The position numbers were made by a program, and so were the translations under genes. Below the pieces are notes generated by a model. That model ran no database searches. It was not told where the DNA came from and saw nothing but the letters and a program-made list of their open reading frames with translations. From sequence record ON568341.1: 64,000 nucleotides of DNA; one strand, written 5' to 3'. This DNA comes from Escherichia phage UE-S1. Every line of letters begins with the position of its first letter. Position 1 is the stretch's first letter. Of the stretch, positions 59,460 through 64,000 are shown one piece after another.

Positions 59460-61199
59460 ATGAGTTGGAAACGACATATGACAGTGGGAAGGTCAAAGCT
59501 ATCGACTATCCCAAATCAGTCCAATAATAGCAATAAATCAACAGGAACAAAAACCAATTTTGCTTCCTATCTTCCAGTTGTATATAATGGATTGGCAAAC
59601 CGTACTGAACGTTATAGTCAGTATGAGCAAATGGACCAAGACCCTGAAATTAGAACTGCATTGAATATCATTGCTGACTTTTGTACTCAAAGTACTGAAG
59701 ATTATGGTTTACCATATAAAATAAAATACAAAGATGATATTGGGGATACTGAAGTAACAACGATTGAAGATCGTTTAGATGCATGGACTGAACAAAATGA
59801 TTTTAAAACACGAATGTATGAGATTGTACGTGGTCTTTTGAAATATGGGGACCAGTTTTTTATCCGAGATCCAGAAACATTTGATTGGTATTGGGTGAGT
59901 CCAAAAAACGTCGAACAAGTATTTGTTAATGAAGCAACTGGGAAAACACCAGTAATTTATTACATACGTGATGTATCATTAAACTTAAAAGATAAAGTTT
60001 ATAGTAATCTACAAGTTGGATTCGATAAAACCGCTTATCCTGGTGCTATTCCTACAACAATGGGTGGTGGTGGTTCTGTCGCTGCTGGCGGTGCATCTGG
60101 ATTCACTAGTCAAGGTAATACTGCTGACCCTTTCAGCACTAATGGTCAATTAGATGTTATTCCTGTTGGTGCAGAACACGTAATCCATTTGACGCTAAAT
60201 ACTGGACAAGATGGAGTATGGCCTTTTGGTACTAGTATACTTGAGGATGTATTCAAAGTTTATAAACAAAAAGAACTTCTAGAAGATAGTATCATAATTT
60301 ATCGTGTACAACGTGCTCCAGAACGTCGTGTTTTTAAAATCGATGTTGGTGATATGCAAGCACATCAGGCAATGGCTTATGTGGAAAGATTTAAAAATGA
60401 AATTCATCAGCGTAGAATACCTTCAAACAAAGGTGGAAGTACTTCTTTAATGGATGCAGCATATAATCCTTTAAGTATATTAGAAGATTACTTTTTCCCA
60501 CAAACTTCTGAAGGTCGTGGTTCGGATGTTCAAACTTTACCAGGTGGTGATAACTTAGGGCAAATTGATGACTTACGCTACTTCAATAATAAATTGATAC
60601 GTGGTCTTCAAATACCAGCTTCCTATCTACCACAAGGTCCAGATGATGGTGGTGTTTCATTATTTGGTGATGGTGCAACACAAGCTATGGCAAGTGAATT
60701 ACGATTCAATAATCAATGTATGCGTTATCAGCGTTTAGTTGCGAAACATTTTGATGCTGAATTCAAAAGATTTATGGTAAAAAATGGATATAATATTAGT
60801 ACTTCATCATTTGAAGTCATTATGAATCCACCAATTAACTTAGCTTCTTATCGTAAAGCTGAATTGGATGCTAAATTAATTAATACATATCTACCTCTTA
60901 ATGATTTACCTTATATGGCTAAACAAACAATTCTTGAGAAAATGGGCTTTTCTAAAGCAGATATTGTTAAGAATGAACAAATGTGGTTACAAGAGAATCC
61001 ACAAGATGGTTCTCAACCTTCTAGTGGTGAAGAAGATTCTGCTGGATTACAGTCTGTTGGTATTGATGCACCAAATGACCCAGGTATGGATCTTGGTATT
61101 GACGGTGATGGTAATTTAGAAAGTGCTGATTCCGAATATCAAGAACAACAAAGTGGAAGTGATGGTTTCAATCCTAATAATTTAGGCAATTCTTTTTAA
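59460..61199 (+). CDS. Portal vertex protein (gp20-like), tentative
   Basis: 579 aa; position immediately before the small core protein, protease and scaffold genes as in T4 (20-67-68-21-22); weak N-terminal pattern resemblance. Confidence 0.45.
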   Translation: MSWKRHMTVGRSKLSTIPNQSNNSNKSTGTKTNFASYLPVVYNGLANRTERYSQYEQMDQDPEIRTALNIIADFCTQSTEDYGLPYKIKYKDDIGDTEVTTIEDRLDAWTEQNDFKTRMYEIVRGLLKYGDQFFIRDPETFDWYWVSPKNVEQVFVNEATGKTPVIYYIRDVSLNLKDKVYSNLQVGFDKTAYPGAIPTTMGGGGSVAAGGASGFTSQGNTADPFSTNGQLDVIPVGAEHVIHLTLNTGQDGVWPFGTSILEDVFKVYKQKELLEDSIIIYRVQRAPERRVFKIDVGDMQAHQAMAYVERFKNEIHQRRIPSNKGGSTSLMDAAYNPLSILEDYFFPQTSEGRGSDVQTLPGGDNLGQIDDLRYFNNKLIRGLQIPASYLPQGPDDGGVSLFGDGATQAMASELRFNNQCMRYQRLVAKHFDAEFKRFMVKNGYNISTSSFEVIMNPPINLASYRKAELDAKLINTYLPLNDLPYMAKQTILEKMGFSKADIVKNEQMWLQENPQDGSQPSSGEEDSAGLQSVGIDAPNDPGMDLGIDGDGNLESADSEYQEQQSGSDGFNPNNLGNSF

Positions 61200-61272
61200 A
61201 CATAAATAACAGTGTATAAGAATGAGGGTTTATATTAGCCCTCATTTATAATGCATATTTCAAGGAGATTGA

Positions 61273-61500
61273 ATGTTAAAGGACATCTTTGAATCTAGCA
61301 GTGATTCAATGTACGACCCTGAAGATGATCAGAACGTATATAAAATTACTGACTCCAGAAAACCAAAACTAACATTACAAGTATTAAATAACTTAAGAAA
61401 GTATCGTGAATTTAAAGCACATGAGGAACAACGCCGCAAAAATGTGGTTGCTGTTGTTTATGCATCTACCCCAACAGGTGATGATTCTGGATTAATGTAA
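61273..61500 (+). CDS. Small prohead core protein-like (gp67 position)
   Basis: 75-aa ORF between the portal-like gene and the acidic core protein; assignment by position. Confidence 0.35.
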   Translation: MLKDIFESSSDSMYDPEDDQNVYKITDSRKPKLTLQVLNNLRKYREFKAHEEQRRKNVVAVVYASTPTGDDSGLM

Positions 61501-61601
61501 ATCAAAAATCGCACTTTTTTAAGCTTTTAAAAAAGGTGATTTTATTCAGTACTAAATAATATCATACTTTATACGAATATAATATATCTATGGAGGATAT
61601 A

Positions 61602-62432
61602 ATGGCGAATTTAAAACTACTACAAGAAGCAATTGCGGCGTTTGCAAATGGTGAACAAGATATTGCTGATAAAAAAATGCGTAAGTATTTTGTTGAGCAA
61701 GCACAAGAAATTAACAAGAAGCTAGAAGAAAGCATGGAAGATGAAGACGAGGAAGTTGAAGTCGAAGATGAAGAACAGCTTGACGAAGATTTTGATGTGC
61801 AACCAGATGCTGGTCTAAATGCTGAAATCGAATACACACTTGGTGAAGAAGATGAAAGTGCAGAAGATGAAGTTGAGTTTTCTGCTGATGCTGATGGTGA
61901 CGGTGAAGATGATGTTGATGTGGAAGTGAAGGCAGATGCTGATGTTCCTTCTGAAGATCAATGGGAATCAATTCAGGATGCTTTCCGTGGTTTACAACAA
62001 ATGTTTGATGAAATTGGTGATGGCGAAGTTGACCTAGATTCCGATGAAGAAGTTGAAGATAGTGAAGAAGAAGTCGGCGTTGACGGTGAAGACGAATTTG
62101 CTGACGTTGAATTCGGTGATGAAAAAATTGGTGAATCCTTCAAACTAGAAAAAGTTGCACCTGTCGACAAGAAAGAAAAAGCTGGTACTCATACTAAATC
62201 CCCAGTAGCACCTGAAGCAAAATCCCCAGTAGCAGGAGCAGAACCAGTTAAATTTGCAAAGAAAACTGATCAAGCACCACTAGTAGACCTAGATGATAAA
62301 TCTGTTCTACCAAAAGATAACCTTGATCTTGGTAAAAATGCTCGCGGTGAAATGAAAGATGTAAAAGCACCAAAAACTACTGCATCAAATTCTAAATCAC
62401 CACTAAGTAAAGCACAACCTAAAGTAAAATAA
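61602..62432 (+). CDS. Acidic prohead core or scaffold-like protein (gp68 position); start moved to the ATG after GGAGGA
   Basis: Extremely Asp/Glu-rich (EDEDEEVEVEDEEQLDEDFD); located before the protease-like gene. Confidence 0.4.
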   Translation: MANLKLLQEAIAAFANGEQDIADKKMRKYFVEQAQEINKKLEESMEDEDEEVEVEDEEQLDEDFDVQPDAGLNAEIEYTLGEEDESAEDEVEFSADADGDGEDDVDVEVKADADVPSEDQWESIQDAFRGLQQMFDEIGDGEVDLDSDEEVEDSEEEVGVDGEDEFADVEFGDEKIGESFKLEKVAPVDKKEKAGTHTKSPVAPEAKSPVAGAEPVKFAKKTDQAPLVDLDDKSVLPKDNLDLGKNARGEMKDVKAPKTTASNSKSPLSKAQPKVK

Positions 62433-62452
62433 ATAAATGAAAGGAGATCATT

Positions 62453-63076
62453 ATGAGTAGTATGATACGTGAATGGTCTTCATTCAATGATTCTAAAGTT
62501 GTTTTGGAACATCGTGATAATGGGTTTGGTGGGCGTGATTGTTACCTTCGTGGTATTGCAATTCAAGCAGACCAACGCAATTTGAACGAGAGAATTTACC
62601 CTTTATCTGAAATTACAAGAGCAGTAAATAATATGAATCAGCGTTTAGCTAAAGGTGAAAGTATTCTTGTTGAATGTGACCATCCAGAAACACTGACTAT
62701 TAATTTAGACCGAGTAGCAGCAATGATTACTAAGGTTTGGATGGAAGGTGCAAATGGTATGGCTGAAATCAAATTACTTGATACTGCACATGGTCAGAAT
62801 ATCCGTAAAATGCTAGAGGCTGGTGTAAAACTTGGTGTAAGTTCTCGCGGTTCCGGTAACGTAGATTATAATGGAATAGTTTCTGATTTTGAAATTATCA
62901 CTATTGATATTGTTGCTCAACCTAGTGCTCCAGAAGCATACCCAACAGCGGTATTTGAATCTCTGATGAGTAAGTACGGATCACCTTGTAATGGTTCTAA
63001 AAAAATCACTGAATCTAAAAAAGTAAATAATTTAGATTCTGAAATATACGATTTTTTCAAGAAATTAAAAGGTTAA
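62453..63076 (+). CDS. Prohead core protease-like protein (gp21 position)
   Basis: 207 aa; AAAGGAGA ribosome-binding site; size and position match T4 gp21; active-site residues not verified. Confidence 0.45.
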   Translation: MSSMIREWSSFNDSKVVLEHRDNGFGGRDCYLRGIAIQADQRNLNERIYPLSEITRAVNNMNQRLAKGESILVECDHPETLTINLDRVAAMITKVWMEGANGMAEIKLLDTAHGQNIRKMLEAGVKLGVSSRGSGNVDYNGIVSDFEIITIDIVAQPSAPEAYPTAVFESLMSKYGSPCNGSKKITESKKVNNLDSEIYDFFKKLKG

Positions 63077-63087
63077 CATTTTAAAAA

Positions 63088-63095
63088 TATAAATA
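63088..63095 (+). promoter_or_regulatory. T4 late-promoter-like TATAAATA box
   Basis: Exact TATAAATA 48 nt upstream of the 63143 start. Confidence 0.35.
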
Positions 63096-63142
63096 TCTGT
63101 ATGTTGAAGTACAGATATTTCAGTACTTAAAGGAGAGAACGA

Positions 63143-64000
63143 ATGTCTAAATTAGAAAAGCTTCTAAAAGAATCATCTCTTTCTGATGAGGCAAAACAGC
63201 TAATTCAGGAAGCATGGAATGAAGAAAAGAATACACTAGCCGCAGAGATGCGTGAAGAAATGAAAGGCCGTTATCAGCAAGATTTGGCTGAATTAACCGA
63301 AGGGTTGAACACTATGGTTACTCAAGTCATTGCTGAAGAAATGGGTGCTGTATATGAAGAGAAAAAACGTCTTGTTGAAGACCGTGTAACTCTACGTAAA
63401 ACACTAAGCAATTTCTCTGCGTTTTCAAATTCTGTTTTGGCTGAAGAAGTTAAACAAATGCGTAAAGAGCGTAAGCATCTGCATGAATGCATGGGTAAAT
63501 TCGTTAATTTTTCTAACGGTATCCTAGCAGAAGAACTAAAAGAATTCCACACAGAAAAACGTCAACTGGTTGAAGCTCGTGTAAAATTACTTGCAGAAGG
63601 TTCACGTCAAATTGCTGAAGCTCGTAATAACTTCATCAAACGTACATCTGAAAGTGCTGCTAAATATATTGCAGAGACAACACAGAAGAATCTATATGCG
63701 TTAAAACAAGATCTAGTGGAAGCGAAACAAAATATGTTTGGTCGTAAAATCTTTGAAGCATTTGCTCAAGAATTTAATGTCAAACAATTCAATGAAAATT
63801 CATTGCTACGTTCACTAACTGAAACAATTAAATCTAAAGAAGATGAAATTGATCAAGTTAAGCAAGAACTACATGAAACTGTTAATGCGGTTAAAGCTGC
63901 TAAAACTAAACTACGTATTATGGAAGATGCACAAGCCCGTAATGCGATTATGTCAGAACTAGTAAAACCACTAACTGCACAGCAAAAACAAATTATGGAA
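63143..64000 (+). CDS. Prohead scaffold-like coiled-coil protein (gp22 position), 3'-truncated by the window end
   Basis: ATG at 63143 after AGGAGAGAA; open frame to position 64000; Lys/Glu/Ala/Gln-rich heptad-like sequence; absent from the ORF track because it has no stop. Confidence 0.5.
   Translation, partial: MSKLEKLLKESSLSDEAKQLIQEAWNEEKNTLAAEMREEMKGRYQQDLAELTEGLNTMVTQVIAEEMGAVYEEKKRLVEDRVTLRKTLSNFSAFSNSVLAEEVKQMRKERKHLHECMGKFVNFSNGILAEELKEFHTEKRQLVEARVKLLAEGSRQIAEARNNFIKRTSESAAKYIAETTQKNLYALKQDLVEAKQNMFGRKIFEAFAQEFNVKQFNENSLLRSLTETIKSKEDEIDQVKQELHETVNAVKAAKTKLRIMEDAQARNAIMSELVKPLTAQQKQIME

Noticed and set aside
1-64000. Integrase, transposase, attachment-site repeats or other signs of a prophage or mobile-element boundary
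   Set aside because: No recombinase-like ORF or flanking direct repeats seen; gene content is consistent with a lytic T4-like genome segment

Overview
This window reads as a segment of a large, AT-rich, T4-like (Tevenvirinae-type) tailed phage genome; that placement is inferred from recognisable protein motifs and gene order, not from any database search. Layout: (1) 1-8.9 kb, plus-strand early-type region with sigma70-like promoters, acidic proteins, a MoxR-like AAA+ ATPase plus HExxH/VWA protein pair, and a thymidylate synthase carrying a large in-frame insertion; (2) 8.9-21.9 kb, minus-strand tail fibre and tailspike cluster with repeat-rich and collagen-like proteins; (3) 22-27.6 kb, mixed small genes including a Nudix hydrolase; (4) 27.7-30 kb, ClpA-like double AAA+ ATPase; (5) 30-50.6 kb, minus-strand baseplate module with a 3331-aa giant protein, gp6-like, gp25-like, GH24 lysozyme and a spike-lysozyme fusion; (6) 50.6-55.2 kb, gp55-like late sigma factor, Mre11/SbcD-like and Rad50/SbcC-like nuclease pair, endonuclease VII-like protein; (7) 55.2-56.1 kb, non-coding block with its own promoter and terminator; (8) 57.2-64 kb, head module with portal-like, prohead protease-like and scaffold-like genes. 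No tRNA, rRNA, CRISPR array, integrase or transposase was found. The candidates I would look at first are the MoxR/VWA cassette, the thyA insertion and the non-coding locus at 55.3-55.8 kb.
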